A DNA stretch of 64,000 nucleotides from Octopus sinensis (taxonomy: Eukaryota), in NCBI RefSeq assembly GCF_006345805.1, contig NC_042998.1, positions 150,040,001 through 150,104,000 of the forward strand. The letters are read 5' to 3'. Position 1 is the first letter of the stretch; each line of letters opens with the position of its first letter. Of the stretch, positions 15,829 to 30,764 are shown piece by piece. The translations under genes were made by a program, and so were the position numbers. The notes below the pieces were generated by a model. That model was given only the letters and a program-made list of their open reading frames with translations, was not told where the DNA came from and did no database searches.

Positions 15829-16700
15829 GTATGTATGTGTGTATGTATATGCATATATATATATATTATATATATATATATTTACATAACGAGAGAAAGA
15901 GAGGGAGAAGATGAAGAGAGAAGGAGAGAGAGAGGGAGAGAGAAAGACACATTTGTACTTACTACATACAGGATGTTTGGCCAGAGGGTTGGTTTGTTGC
16001 TCGCTTGCTTAGCTGTCCGGCTGTCCGGCTGTCTGGCTGTCTGGTTGACTAATTATCTAGCGGTGGAAGAGGTGACTGAGGTAACGGAGGCGGCTATTAC
16101 GGCAATATGGTGGCGGCGTGATGATGATGATAAAGATGGCGGCAACACTAGAGTGATGGTGATGGTGATGGCAATGTTGAGAATGACAAGGATGCGGTGG
16201 TAACGACGTTTGTTGTTGTTGTTGTGGTGGTGGTTGCTGGTGGTAGTGGTGGTAGTAGCGGCGTCGACAGCAGCGTCGGCAGCGGCGGTGCTGGTGGTGG
16301 TGTCGGTGGTTGTGTTGGCAACGGCGCCGGTGACGACAGTGGGAGGAGGGGTGCAGTGATGGTAATGTTGATAGTGGGGGTGGTGAGAAGAGGGATAATG
16401 GTGATGGATGTTATGGTCGTGGTGTGATGGAGATAGTGAGGATGCTACGATGAAATGATCACCATCCCAATCATAACGACATCATCGTCGTCGTCGACGT
16501 CGTCATCGTCGTCATCATCGTCGTCGTTGTCATCGTCATCATCGTCGTCATCATCATCTTCACCGTCACCATAATGGTCATGATTATAGTCATGACCATA
16601 ATGAAATATGATTTTAATGATGTCAATAATGTTAATGATAATAATCTTAGTGGAGACTGAGGACGATGGTGGTGGTGGTGAAGAGGAGGAGGAGGAGGAG
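14560..16700. repeat. Low-complexity trinucleotide mosaic (AGT/GGT/GAT/GTT/CGT) with embedded (TA)n and (TAAA)n
   Basis: Direct reading; source of the poly-V/G/P ORFs. Confidence 0.9.
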
Positions 16701-18550
16701 GGGATTGGAAAGGGGCGGGATTGTGTCGCTGTAGCTATTTTTATTTATTAATTTTTCCTGAAAATAATAGAAATTAGGCGATTCCAGGTTATCAGCGTTA
16801 CTCGGGGTCATCACAGATTTCGCATAAGAAGCATGTATAAAAGAAGGTAAGAGACGTAATGCAGACCACAGACTTATATGTGCGCGGATGATTTAACAGT
16901 AAGCAACTTTGCTGCTTCTCACGTTTTCCCGCAATATTTTTAGCCCCAGATGGCTTATTTTTTATACCTAGCACTATGTCTTTCTCCATTTCTAAGTTAG
17001 GAGTAAAAATAAGGCAACCATGAAAAACGCAACTGATCTTTACATACAAACACACAAAAACAGCAGCAATCAGATAACGTCAGCGGAGTGCGCAACAAAC
17101 ATCAGCGATCTGACTGTCACCTGTACTCTTGACAAGAGATACCAGTAAGTCTTTTACACCTACCAGGCTCGTTCGTAATTAGACCGAGCTGCTGGAAAAT
17201 TTTTCGTTCCTTTAAGAATATTGTAGAACGGAAACTTTTCATAGATTAGAATTTTAATCTTAAACTCTAAAGAAATTTATTATTTCAAGAAAACATTGAA
17301 TTTTAATGACTATTTTTGCGTTATAGATAACAACTTAGGTTGTAACTTCTGAGCTTAGGTGTGTGTGAACGATGTTGAGAAAACGTCAGCTGCAAATGAT
17401 ATTTTTCGACACAGGGTACTTCTAAGACGACCACCAGACGCTGAATGAAAATATATGAACTGCGACCAGACTCAATAAAAGGAGTCCGAGTTGGCTGAAG
17501 TCAGTTTTGTCAGAAATTAAAACAGCTTTCAACTACACATTCACTTTACCAAATTTATACTCGGGCTTAACCCGAACAGCTCGAGTGCCGAACAGCTGGT
17601 GTGGCGAACAAAGCATCATATTGAATTTTCTTTTCCAATCTAAGATCGAATTTACATCTTGTTATCTCATTGGAGATTAAATTAGATCCCTATGACCTGT
17701 TGTCTGGCTTTAGCTGAATCTTCAACGCAAGATAAAGGTTTGCTAGCCACTTTTATCATGCTGAACAACAGCTCATGCCTGATGTTATAATTTTGAGATT
17801 ACCGCACCGTAATAGAGGACAAAGACCATTAAACTATATTGATTTTATTGGTAGAGAAAGATGTCTGTTATATCTAGATTTAAATTTTCCTTCCACGGTT
17901 CCTATATTACGCTTGATCTCTGTACGACCATTGTTGTTTATGAAGCGTTAAATCCAGATATATCAACCATCTTTCGAATTTTAGGTAGCGTGATAGTAGA
18001 CATTCAACTACCCTTTTAGCTTTAATCTGGAAGCTTAAAAATGAAGGGACTAGTTTCGACATCAAATGGAAAATCCTCTCCAAAAAACAGACCACCAAAA
18101 ATGTTCAGTGTTTTCTCTTGAAAATTTCTGTCCTTTAAAAAGCTTGAGAACCTCCAACCAATACATAAATTCCAGGAACAAAATATTTTCTGTACGTCTG
18201 CATTTCAAGAAATGTATCTTATCGGAATTTAAAAGTAAACCATTAACATCTTGTTTACGTCTGCTTGGCATCGAATTATTGTAACGTTGGTTATCTCCCT
18301 TGTATTTTTCTTCTTGTCTTATTTCTCAACGTCTCTAATTAAACAGTATCTGCTCAAAAGACAACCGACAAATGGTCTTGTTCACAGTTTGATGAACGGC
18401 AAAATAAATTATTATTTCGACCAGAAAAACCTGAGTAGCTGTATTTAACAAGATTTTTTTTGCAACCTTATACATACATACATACACGTCTGTAATATAT
18501 ATGCATATGTGTGTATGTATATATATATATATACACACATACATGTATTA

Positions 18551-18590
<40 letters not shown>

Positions 18591-19952
18591 GTGAGTGTGT
18601 GTGTGTGTGCGCATAATGCATTGAGGATGAAAGAGATCTTGGCAAATTGACTTGGAAGCAACTCCACCCATGTTTGTTAGTATCAAGGAAGTTCATGGGG
18701 AAAGCTAAAACAGCAGCAGCTCTGCGCTGGCTATTTCGAAACCAATCAACTTTTAACACCAAGTTATTTTAAGTAGCATACCTACTGCTCGCCGCAGTAG
18801 TCTCAGTAGTATCATAAACGATAACACAGAGAGCTGACCAGCAATGCAATATATGTCTTTCGGAGATAAACGAAAATTATCACGAACTCCGTTATCAGAT
18901 ATATCAGCTGCTTAGATACTGGCTTTCACCAAGAACGACCAGATCAACACTCATATCGCTTCACTCTCAACTATTTAGTGAGCTCCATCAGTGTTAAGAC
19001 GACTTCAATGACAGTTTTACACAGAAACAATTAAAGGGACAGACAACCTTCGAAGCCAACAGTTTTTAAAACTAATACTTTCTACAAAACAACTATATCA
19101 ACTAATTGTCCAGCTTAGCCTTAATCAAAAGTCCATGATAGCTAGCATGCAAAATTATATACGGATACCTTTATATGTGTGTACACTCATATCTAACAGG
19201 TACGTGTACACTCAAACGTGGAGAAACCTACGCTGCGTATATTTAATCGAGAGAGAATTTGCAAACACACCACTAGACCATGAATGACGTCATCGGACCG
19301 TTCAGAGTGGAATATGAGCGGCGGATTCGATGTCCATAGCTGATAAAACATAAGGATTCAGGAACACCTTTCTTACGGTCCGATAACGTCATTCATAGAT
19401 CAGTGGTGTGTTTTCAAATATTTAGTCTAGAAGAAGAATTTTTCTCCTCATAAAATTTCTGCAGCTAAGGTATTTCCACGTTTCAATGTACACGAATGTG
19501 TTAAATAGAATTTTCCGAACTATATTTCAATCACCATTGCTTTGTGTCTTTCCTGTAAATGTATGTCTGTTATAATGTGATTATATTGTATAAATGAACG
19601 CCTTATGTTCACTGTAGACAGACAGACAGACAAATATGTTCTGTTTACGTAATAAGACCTTAGCTGCGTAACATTATATAGACTCACTTGTATGAATGCA
19701 CAAATAAACACACGCATACATAAACACTCATACAAATATACATGTGTGTGTGTGTGTGTGTGTATGTGTGCGCGCGTGCTTCATTAACAAACTTTGTAGA
19801 AGGATGTGTTTTTGAACACTCCATGGTTTATTGTTTTTATATCAGAAATTTTCAGGTTAAATTGTAGCAGTATTTTTGTCAAATGGGTTTGTCATATACA
19901 AATTATATTTACATACTGTAATAAAAAAAGATTAATATTAAGATCTTGTTAA

Positions 19953-20490
19953 GGCGGCGAGCTGGCAGAATCGTTAGCACGCTGGGCGAAATGCGTAGCC
20001 GTATTTCGTCTGCCGTTACGTTCTGAGTTTAAATTCCGCCGAGGTCGACTCTACCTTACATCCTTTCAGGGTCGATTAAATAAGTACCAGTTACGCACTG
20101 GGGTCGATATAATCAACTTAATCCGTTTGTCTGTCCTTATTCGTCCCCTCTGTGTTTGGCCCCTTTTGGGTAGTAAAGAAATAGGTATTTTGTCTGCCGT
20201 TACGTTGTGAGTTCAAATTCCGCCGAGGTCGACTTTGCCTTTCATCCTTTCGGGGTGGATAAATTAAGTACCTGTTACGCACTGGGGTCGATATAATCGA
20301 TTTAATCCCTTTATCTGTCCTTGTTTGTCCACTCTATGTGTATCCCTTTGTGGGTAGTAAAGAAATAGGTATTTCGTTTGTCATTATGTTCCGAGGTCGA
20401 CTTTGTCTTTTATCCTTTCGGAATGGATCTAATCGACTGGCCTCTTCTCCCAAAATTTCGGCTTTGTGCCTAGAGTAGAAAAGAATATTA
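19953..20490 (+). mobile_element. SINE family C with internal 184-bp tandem repeats (2 full units + 1 partial)
   Basis: Head ggcggcgagctggcagaatcgttagcacg; unit starts at 20002, 20186 and 20370. Confidence 0.9.
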
Positions 20491-20613
20491 AAATCTTGTT
20501 TACTCTTGTTTCAGGGTAACTGGCATTAGGTACCCACATGACTGTCACGAAATTGGAGTAACGACAAGTAATTCTATAAATGATTGACTGTTAATATATT
20601 TATATACATACAA

Positions 20614-20765
20614 GGCGGTCAGCCGGGGGAATCATTAGCACACCGGGTAAAATGCTTTGCGGCATTTCGTTCTTCACATCTCAGTTCAAATTTCGCCGAG
20701 GTCAACTGCCTTTCAATCTCTCGTGGTTGATTAAATAAGTACCAGTTAAGCACTGGGATCGATGT
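20614..20765 (+). mobile_element. SINE family C, diverged
   Basis: ggcggtcagccgggggaatcattagcac..gttcaaatttcgccgaggtc..taagtaccag. Confidence 0.75.
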
Positions 20766-20847
20766 ACTGTGCCAAAATTTGAAACCAATAAAATTATATT
20801 TATGTATCCATGGTTGCGCGTACAATAAAAGTACACACCACATATAT

Positions 20848-20899
<52 letters not shown>

Positions 20900-20939
20900 A
20901 GTATCGACCAGATTATGCCTTTCGAATGATGCCATCCTG

Positions 20940-21140
20940 CTGGTTAGTCAAGTCGGCCCACATTCCTCCTGATTGAAAGGCTGTCCCTTTGCAGGTTTGC
21001 TCACATACAGCTGAGAGGACTGGAACAACGTGTAAAGAAATGTTTTGCTCGAGCACACAACGTATTGCCCAGTCCAGGAATCGAACCCACAATCCAGCGA
21101 TCGTGCGCGCAACACACTAACCATTAGGCCATGTGCTTTC
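20940..21140 (-). mobile_element. SINE family A-like head fragment
   Basis: Minus-strand ggcctaatggttagtgtg..gggttcgattcctgg A/B boxes. Confidence 0.7.
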
Positions 21141-21208
21141 TCGCACATATATACACACAAGCACTCACACACATCACACACTTATATATTATATATGTCT
21201 GTGTATGA

Positions 21209-21255
<47 letters not shown>

Positions 21256-21622
21256 ATATAATATATATATATATAATATATATATATTCACATATATGCG
21301 TGTGAGTGCGCGCGTGAGTGGGTGTATTACATACATGTGCGCGCTCATGCGTGGGTTTCTGCTTGTGTGCGTAAAGTAAAATGCGTAGATTTTCGATTAT
21401 AAACTTTAAATTAAGTGAAATCAAATTAGACATTTATAAACACGAACCAAAGATAGAGAAATGTGCAGAGACCCGTGGGCGGTTTGATGCACAATTTTGT
21501 ATTTTGGATTCGTGTTAATAAACTAATTTAATTTAATTGTAAGTTGATATATAAAAATTTGTACACATACATACATATATATATGTCTAGCACACACACA
21601 CATGTATATATGTGTATATATA

Positions 21623-21722
<100 letters not shown>

Positions 21723-22451
21723 ATGTACATGTAAGGGTATACATATGTGTGTATGTTTGTGTGTGTATCTGTATGTGTATATATTAGTATGTCAACTTAT
21801 ATATAGAAGAATTTGAAATTACACTGAAGTATTACTCAATACATTTTAGTGAAGTACATGTTTAGTAAACTTTTACCAGAATTAAGTTGATTTCGAAGAT
21901 AAATAATCACACACGCGCACACACAAATCCGTTATATGCAACAGAATCTGTATTAGATTAAATTAGCCATTTATACACGAGAGTTAATGTGAATATTTTG
22001 TGATAGGCGAATTCACTGCGAATACTTTGTACGAACATTTTGTTTAAAGACACAATAAATATTGTCTCAGCAGCGGTAATGAGGGCACTAAATGCATTTC
22101 GGCATTTTTAAGCTTGGTCACAGCCAGCATATTTAGTCATTGATGCAAACAGCTGCCCGACTATAAAAGATACATACATACATAATATATATGTATGTAT
22201 GTATGTATGTGTTTGTATGAGTGTATACATATATGTGCGCGCGCGTGCGTGTGCTTCTGCCTGTGTGCGTAAAGTAAAATGCATAGATTTTAAATTAAGT
22301 GAAATCAAATTAGACATTTATAAACACGAGCCTAGCAGAGGTAAGATGATTTTATTTTTTCTACTATACTTGTATCAATTTTGTAACTATTCCGTGTCAG
22401 AGAAGTAGTTTTGACTTTCTTTTTAGCGATGCAGGCACTTACGTAGTACTC

Positions 22452-22491
<40 letters not shown>

Positions 22492-22542
22492 AATTTTGCC
22501 TAGTGATGGTATTTTGATAGTACTATCACTCTCATATTTTGT

Positions 22543-22995
22543 GTTGTGACCCCCTTCGGTCATGAATGACCATGGGATTGCACCTAGAAAGTTACCCTCC
22601 GAGGCACAAGTCTGGGCAAGATTGTTTATGGAAGACCAGCAGTCGCGCACGCATACCAGCCTCCCCTCTCCACACTACTGATGTTATCCAAGGGAAAGGC
22701 CGATACAGCTTGGCACCAGTGACGTCGCAGCTCATTTATTAACGTGCAAGTGGCAGAGTACTCCACAGACACATGTACCCTTAACGTAGTTCTTGGGGAT
22801 ATTCAGCGTGACACAGTGTGACGAGGCTGGCCCTTTGAAATAGGAAGAAATAGTGAGAGAAAGAGTGAGAGAAAGTTGTAGTGAAAGAGTACAGCAGAGT
22901 TCACCACCACCCCCTACCGGAGCTTAGATGTTTTCGAAACCGCGATCCTACGACCGCGAGTCCGCTGCCCTAACCATTGGGCCATTGCACCTCCG
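22543..22995 (-). mobile_element. Composite SINE family A body with a tRNA-like head
   Basis: Body matches 12480-12660; minus-strand head ggcccaatggttagggcagcggactcgcggtcg at ~22940-22995. Confidence 0.75.
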
Positions 22996-23252
22996 CGCTC
23001 TCATATTTACTTTACATATATTTATATATAGTTGAAAAAAGATTAGAGATCTATACAAATCAATTTTTAAATTTTCATAAATATCTACTAAATATTTGAT
23101 ACGATGTGATTCATCTTCGAAACTGGTAATATTCTATATTTTCTTTATATAATTTTGAAATCATTTTATTAAATTCTTTCTAAATTGAAATCTTAAATTT
23201 ACTTTTGTGCTATTTCCACCTCCATCTTATATATATGTGTGTGTGTATAGGT

Positions 23253-24250
<998 letters not shown>

Positions 24251-25516
24251 TGTATATATATCAAAAGGATGTATTATATATATGTGTGTGTGTGTGTCTG
24301 CTGAAAACGACGAAAATCTTCCCAACAGTGGCAAGTGAGAATATCAGATGCATTTCTTCCTCCTTTAGCTTTTTCAGTCACATACACTTTCATAGCCACC
24401 ATGCGTAGACATTGTTGCGAATATCTGCCCGGCTGCAATTTTTTCCCACGAGAGTTCCGGACCCCAGTTATGAACTCATTTGCATACACCCAATCAGAGC
24501 TCATCTTGACCTTGTTATCAAATTAACAAAAACTCTACCAAGTAAACTCAAGACGAAGAACGGTGTTGTAGGTCGTCCGTTCGCCAGATTTTGGAAGGAG
24601 ACAATTAAATAGATTTGCATCTAGACCTATTATCGGATTATGTTAGGGCCACATCTGGTAAAGATGTGGATGGGAAAAATGTAAGCAACAGCACAAATAA
24701 TTACGCAGAGGCAGCCATGTTTGAAACAAGAACAAAAATAACAAGCATTATTAAAAGAGAAAAGAAACATGATCATTCCTTACCCGGGTGACCTTATCTT
24801 ATCACCCATCATTTGTTATAAGCTCATAAATTAGTTTGATAGTTGAGCTTTGATTGGCTGTATGCAAACAAGTTCATACCTGGGGTCCGGGACTCTCGTG
24901 GGAAAAATTTCGCTGCCCAGCTATATGTGTGTGTGTGAGAGAGAGAGAGAGAAAGAGAGAGGGAGAAGGAGAGAGAAAGAGAGAGAGATAGTCAGGGAGA
25001 GAGAGATGACCCACATCTGAGCACAATGAAGATGTATTAAATTTGCGCGTATTAAAGAACCTTGAATTTATGACTAGATTATTTTGTTCACTCTTACTAA
25101 CTCTTAATATAATTTCACTTCTATGCTTCATTCCCCACTATTTTAATTTTGTTTTTTTTTGTAATATATATGTATATATACTTATTTATATATAAGTCTC
25201 ATTAATAATTATTAGTATTTTTGTTTAATTATTTATAGTCCGCATTAGTTAGTATTAATACAATTTGCTTCCATTCCTGTTTCTCTATTCCCTTTCCCAT
25301 TTCTGATGCCCAGTTGACGTCAACATTGGACGTGTATTTATAAACTCTCGAAATCGGAGACAATTTATAAATAGATATCCAATGACGTCTCCAGTCACTT
25401 TACCGCACCCCACCCCCACCCTGAGAAAGATAAAAGCGAGAAAAGAAAATGTATTACTAAACAGTATTTACCGTAAATAACAGTTTCTGATTGACGTACT
25501 AAACCAGCAGCTTTGA

Positions 25517-25670
25517 GAGGAGGGGTGGAATCGATGTTACTAACCCTAATCCTTAATTAGAACCCTATTTGTCGAGTCTGAGTGGACAAAAGTAAAAGAT
25601 AACTTCAATGGGATTTGAACACAGAATGTAACGACCCAGAATTTACATGAGATTGCAGCAGATGCCAATG
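25517..25670 (-). mobile_element. SINE family C, highly degenerate
   Basis: gggatttgaacacagaatgtaacg matches the reverse-complemented B-box region. Confidence 0.5.
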
Positions 25671-25679
25671 TTGTTTTCA

Positions 25680-26135
25680 AGCTGGAGTTTTCACTGCTTT
25701 TAGGCGGTTCGCAATCATTGTCCGTCGTCTTATGAACATTTTTCTCATCCATGGGATTCTGTTTTGCATGTGTTGCTCTTGTGCTCTAGGACAGATTTGT
25801 AGCATATGGCCAGTATTACTGAAATGAAAGGTCGATGTCTGGTATGGAAAGACATTCATGACGATGTCTGGTGTGGAAAGAAAGACAGGCAAATCCTGAT
25901 TGACGATCTCTTTCTGAATCGATTTCCAGTTTGTTTTATAAAAGTTCTGACTGGAGAGATTTCTGGGGCTTCTTAAATGCTGTATGAATGTAGCTACTTT
26001 TGGTTCATACATAGTCAGTTCTATTATATTGTGATCCGAAACTAATGTCAGTGTCACTTTCACATTATGAATGATATCGTTATTGTTTGTGAAACAGAGA
26101 TCCAGTATATTATTTGCCCTGGAATACAACATAGG
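25680..26135 (-). pseudogene. APE-endonuclease C-terminal fragment of a CR1/L2-type LINE
   Basis: ORF 25677-26567 segment [31 protein letters not shown]. Confidence 0.8.
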
Positions 26136-26164
26136 TAAGGGATAGCAGGGATTCAACTTGTACT

Positions 26165-26278
26165 TGACCCTGGGACTTATTCTATCGGTCTTTTTTCCTG
26201 AACCGCTATGTTCCGGAGACGTAAACACACCAAAAGCGATTGTCAAGCTATGGTGAGGGGACAAACACAGACACATGC

Positions 26279-26313
<35 letters not shown>

Positions 26314-26347
26314 TGTATGTATGTATGTATGTATGTATGTATGTATG

Positions 26348-26394
<47 letters not shown>

Positions 26395-26441
26395 TACATA
26401 TATACATATATATATATATTTATATATATATATATGTATAC

Positions 26442-26487
<46 letters not shown>

Positions 26488-26650
26488 TGGACGGGCTTCT
26501 TTAAGTTTCCGTCTACCAAAATCCACTTACAAGGCTTTGGTTGGCCTAAGGTTATAGTAGAAGACACTTGCCCAAGATGTCATGCAGTGGGACTGAACCC
26601 AGAACCATGTGGTTGGTAACCAAGCGTTTTACCACACAGCCCCTCCTGCG

Positions 26651-26655
<5 letters not shown>
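26165..26655 (-). mobile_element. SINE family B with central (TATG)n/(TA)n
   Basis: Head and tail match the other family B copies. Confidence 0.88.
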
Positions 26656-26698
<43 letters not shown>

Positions 26699-27724
26699 GG
26701 GTGGCTAATTCGCAATTATGCAACCTAAAAGCAGAAATATATACGTCACTAAAGTGAACAAGGGCATTAATCAGCTCCAGTATTGCTAGAAATAAGAGTC
26801 AAAATAACTCAATACTCGCAAAAACATCTTAATGACCTGACAAGGAGACAATCCCCCATCTGGCGCAGATAGAGCCAGATCACCGATGATTTCGCATTCT
26901 GATGCTTAACGCATCTCAATGCTCATGAGTAACCGGACATATATATATATATATATATATCCATTCAATGAATTCATTCGACCCATTCAAATGATTCATT
27001 TTACATTTTGTGATCAAAGGGAGATTAATGATAAATTTTCTAAGGGAGCAAAGTGAAATATCTAAATCTTATTTAACGTAGTTGCAATTGGATAAGAGCT
27101 AGAAATAGAAAATATCTATGAATAGGATTTTATTCGAAAGGAAAAAGAAAAATATAAATATAAAAACGTAAGGAAAAGCAGACGTTTACGGTTACAACTT
27201 TGAGAAAGATAAGTTGGTAAATGTTTTGTTGGAGTATGTAGTGCAAACGATACGGGTATATAGAAAGTATTCAATCGAACCACTCCGTCTCACACCTGCA
27301 TAAATACAATGTTACATTCAGAGTAGTTGTCTTCAGTTAAGTAAGATTAACATAACCACATGTTTACATTAATAGATCACTTCACATGCATGCTGACGCA
27401 CACACATGCGCACAAACAACCAAACAAAAAGAGCGCACCTCAGATAACGGACAGAGTCAGCGACTATTGAAGAGGCTGCAAGACGCAGTGAATTTTTTCC
27501 TCTGCATTGCATAGGCTGCATCTGTTGGTACCCTTTTGGAATGATCTTCCATTCGATCCACGTTTGTTTTTAAGGTTCCACTGTTCTAATGGTTTCTGCA
27601 TTAAGATCCATTCGCTAGCATGCTCTCGTGTTATGAAAAACCGGCAGCATGTATGAGATAGATTTCTTCATATTCACACTGCTCGTAAAACTCATAATAA
27701 CGTTATGTTTGTTGAAATGTTTCT

Positions 27725-27782
27725 TGTGCTCCAGCATGGCCACAGTCAAATGACTGAAACAAGTTACAGAATAAAAGAATAT
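27725..27782 (+). mobile_element. SINE family B 3' tail fragment
   Basis: gtgctccagcatggccacagtcaaatgactgaaacaag. Confidence 0.75.
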
Positions 27783-28668
27783 CTATAGCCGGCGATAAGG
27801 GATTTAGGAAGAAGATTGTTAGGTTTGAATTAATGTATAGCGATCTGCTCTATCCGTTCACTTCGTAGGCACTGATAATAGTAGACGGCTGTTGTGTTAT
27901 GTCTTTACTAGACGAAAGATTTCTCTTTATATTATCTATCAACTTTTAAATACAGTAAGTGTGTGGCGTGATGGATCTACCTTTATTAGTGAGTTTATCG
28001 TAGGATTTACGAAAAGCTCTGGATAAGCTAATATTTAGAGTCACATAAAGGGAATTAACTATGGTTAAATCTTTTGCTTTAGTGATTTAAGGCTAGAAGA
28101 ACAGAATATCTGACTATTATTTTTCCTTTTGAAGATCCGTAGCTCGGATTCTTTTTACAGACCAGATTCTGAAGATGTGAATTACTTAAGGCATCAAAGC
28201 AGAGCTATCGAGTGACGTATGATTACATCAAAGAACTATCTTAGATCTTTTAACTATGGAAAACTTATTTTCCAGGTCTATGGACAAAAACTCTCGATAA
28301 ACTACCTAATTATTATATGACTCCTCATAGAGAGTTGACCTCCTACAAGAACATCAACATCATTAAATCTTCGAGACATGAGCCAATGAAAGGGCCTCTA
28401 TGATACCTAATGACCTGCTCGAATTCACACAAAACACGGCTTAGCGTCTTCAAACTTGATGGACTCGTACTTCATGAAGTTTTCATATACACACAAATGA
28501 GGTAGTTATGGAATGAACTCCTTTGGTCGTGTGTCTGTACAACCAATACCAACTAAGGGTTACACAACAGTAACAGGGGATCTATCTGTCAGTTTATCTA
28601 TCTACCAACCTACCTATCTTTTTCTCATTCTCTCTCCCTCTCTCTCTCTCTCTCCCTCACTCTCTCCC

Positions 28669-28713
<45 letters not shown>

Positions 28714-28759
28714 GTGAATATATTGTCGTCTAAATTACGCATAAATGAAAATAATACAT

Positions 28760-29480
28760 TTCATTTTAACAGATATATTTAACAAAAATATCATGAAATA
28801 CTAATGAGTAAATTTATTCAATAAAATCGCCATTGGATTCAACCACGGCCTCCATACAACTTCAGAATCTCCTGCAGGTTTTCTCGACGGTCTTCTTAAG
28901 TTGGTGAATGCTGCTATAATTCTTGCCTTCAGTTCATCTTTGGTGTTACAAAGAGTTTTGTTAGTCTCTCGCTCAACTGCGCCCCACATATAATAATCAT
29001 GAGGATTGCAGTCTAGGAAGTTAGGTGGTCAGATGTTAGGGGTTTTGTAGTCGCAGAAATTGTCCAACAGCCATGACTGGGTTCTCTTGCTTGTGTGGCA
29101 TGGTGCAGAGTCCTGTTGCCAGACATAGTGTCTTCCAGCAGCCACTCTCTTGAATCCACAGCAGCACTACCTCCTCCAGGCACTTGATGTCGGCCTCCAT
29201 GTTGAGTCTGAGACCATGTGGGAACATGAATTGAGACATAATGTCGCCATCACTGGTGATCATTCCTAACACCATGATGTTAACTGGATGTTTGATTTTT
29301 ATCACTCTCGGAAACATGTTGTGGGGACATGGGAAGCCAACGGTTGTTCTGTGTTCGTATTGTTCTATGTTCACCATCTGTTCGTATTGGAGCTTCCGGT
29401 ACGAATGCCAAGCAGTACAGCATGTCATTTCCAAATTTCTGGCAGAGTGAATTGCGTCATGGTGCTGTTTTTCTCACAGA
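28760..29480 (-). mobile_element. Internally deleted DD37D Tc1/mariner relic
   Basis: QQDSAPCH...PPNFLDCNPHDYYMWGAVERE (37 residues counted between Asp residues); KHPVNIMVLGMITSDG; most of the HTH region is missing. Confidence 0.85.
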
Positions 29481-29569
29481 CGGTACCCAATTGACCCTAC
29501 TATACTGTGTAGTCGGCAAAATCAGACGCAAACAATGTGCATGCACGAAATAAAAAATTTGAAATGCCA

Positions 29570-29650
29570 CAATTTACACATAGCACCCTGTGTATATTCT
29601 ATTCTTTTATCTGTTTCAGACTGAGGATGTGGCCATGCTGGGGCACCGCA
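29570..29650 (-). mobile_element. SINE family B 3' tail fragment
   Basis: tttcagactgaggatgtggccatgctggggcaccgc. Confidence 0.65.
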
Positions 29651-30311
29651 TGTGTATATGCATATACATATACATATACACATGAATACAAGCGTACACG
29701 CATGCACATATATGCTGCAAAACTGAAAAATTGCAAATGCATATATCTACTAGCAGGTATGTATGTATGTATGCATGTATTACGGGAGAGGGAAGGAGAG
29801 AGAGAGAGAGATGATAATGAATGCTAGTTTTGTGCAAATTTATTCCCAGATGTCAGGATGAAAATATATGTTGATGAAATTAGGTTAAAGCAGACTAATG
29901 AATAGTTGTGGATGTGAGTGGTGGGAAGTTTTAAGGATTAAATATCTTAATAAAGATTAAATGACTTCATCAAGATTATTCGCCGATACCCGCCTACACT
30001 CAGTTTCAACTGTAGATTTTATGATCGTACGTATATATTTAAGTATGTGTGTGTATGTGTGTGTACGCATTTGTACGAGCGTATGTAAATATCTATGTAT
30101 TGCATTCTTTCCTATGTATGTATGTTTGTATGTATGTATGTATGTATGTATGCATGTATGTATGTATGTATGTATGTATGTATGTATGTATGTGTATATG
30201 TATGTATGTATGTATGTATGTGTACATGTATGTATGTATGTATGTGTGTGTATGTATATATCCATCTATTTATCTATTTTTCACTCTCTGACTCTCTCAC
30301 TCACTCTCTAA

Positions 30312-30343
<32 letters not shown>

Positions 30344-30688
30344 CTGTCTGTCTGTCTGTCTGTCTGTGAGTGTGTGTCTGTGTGTATGTGTGTATTGTTA
30401 AACATGGGGTTGGTCTTATTTTGGCAAATTAAACGCACGCAATTTACTTGGTAAGATATGATCATCCTCAAGTATAACAATATCTGTTTCAATAAGTTAT
30501 CACATCAAGAATCCTGCAAAACAAACACATAGGCGTGTATATATATATATATTATATATTATATATAATATATATATATATATATGTATGTATGTATGTT
30601 GTATGTATGTATGTATGTATGTATGTATGTATGTTTGTATGTATGTATGCATATATGTATATATGTATATACACACATATATATATAT

Positions 30689-30720
<32 letters not shown>

Positions 30721-30764
30721 TATATACATATATGCATCTATGCGAGTGTTGTGTATGTATGCGT

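Noticed and set aside
14795-16427. Pro/His/Gly/Val-rich ORFs resembling low-complexity proteins
   Set aside because: They are open on both strands because of trinucleotide mosaics; the same pattern recurs at 46736-47215 and 57521-58051.
20002-20490. Regularly spaced repeats that might suggest a CRISPR array
   Set aside because: Whole 184-bp units repeat with no unique spacers, the context is eukaryotic, and there are no cas genes.
22940-22995. tRNA-like sequence with A/B boxes (also 12740-12801 and the other SINE heads)
   Set aside because: No complete cloverleaf or acceptor stem; each continues into a SINE body, so these are SINE heads, not tRNA genes.
28700-29540. TIRs for the second mariner relic
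   Set aside because: Only weak partial similarity between the putative ends; no TIR or TA TSD could be established.
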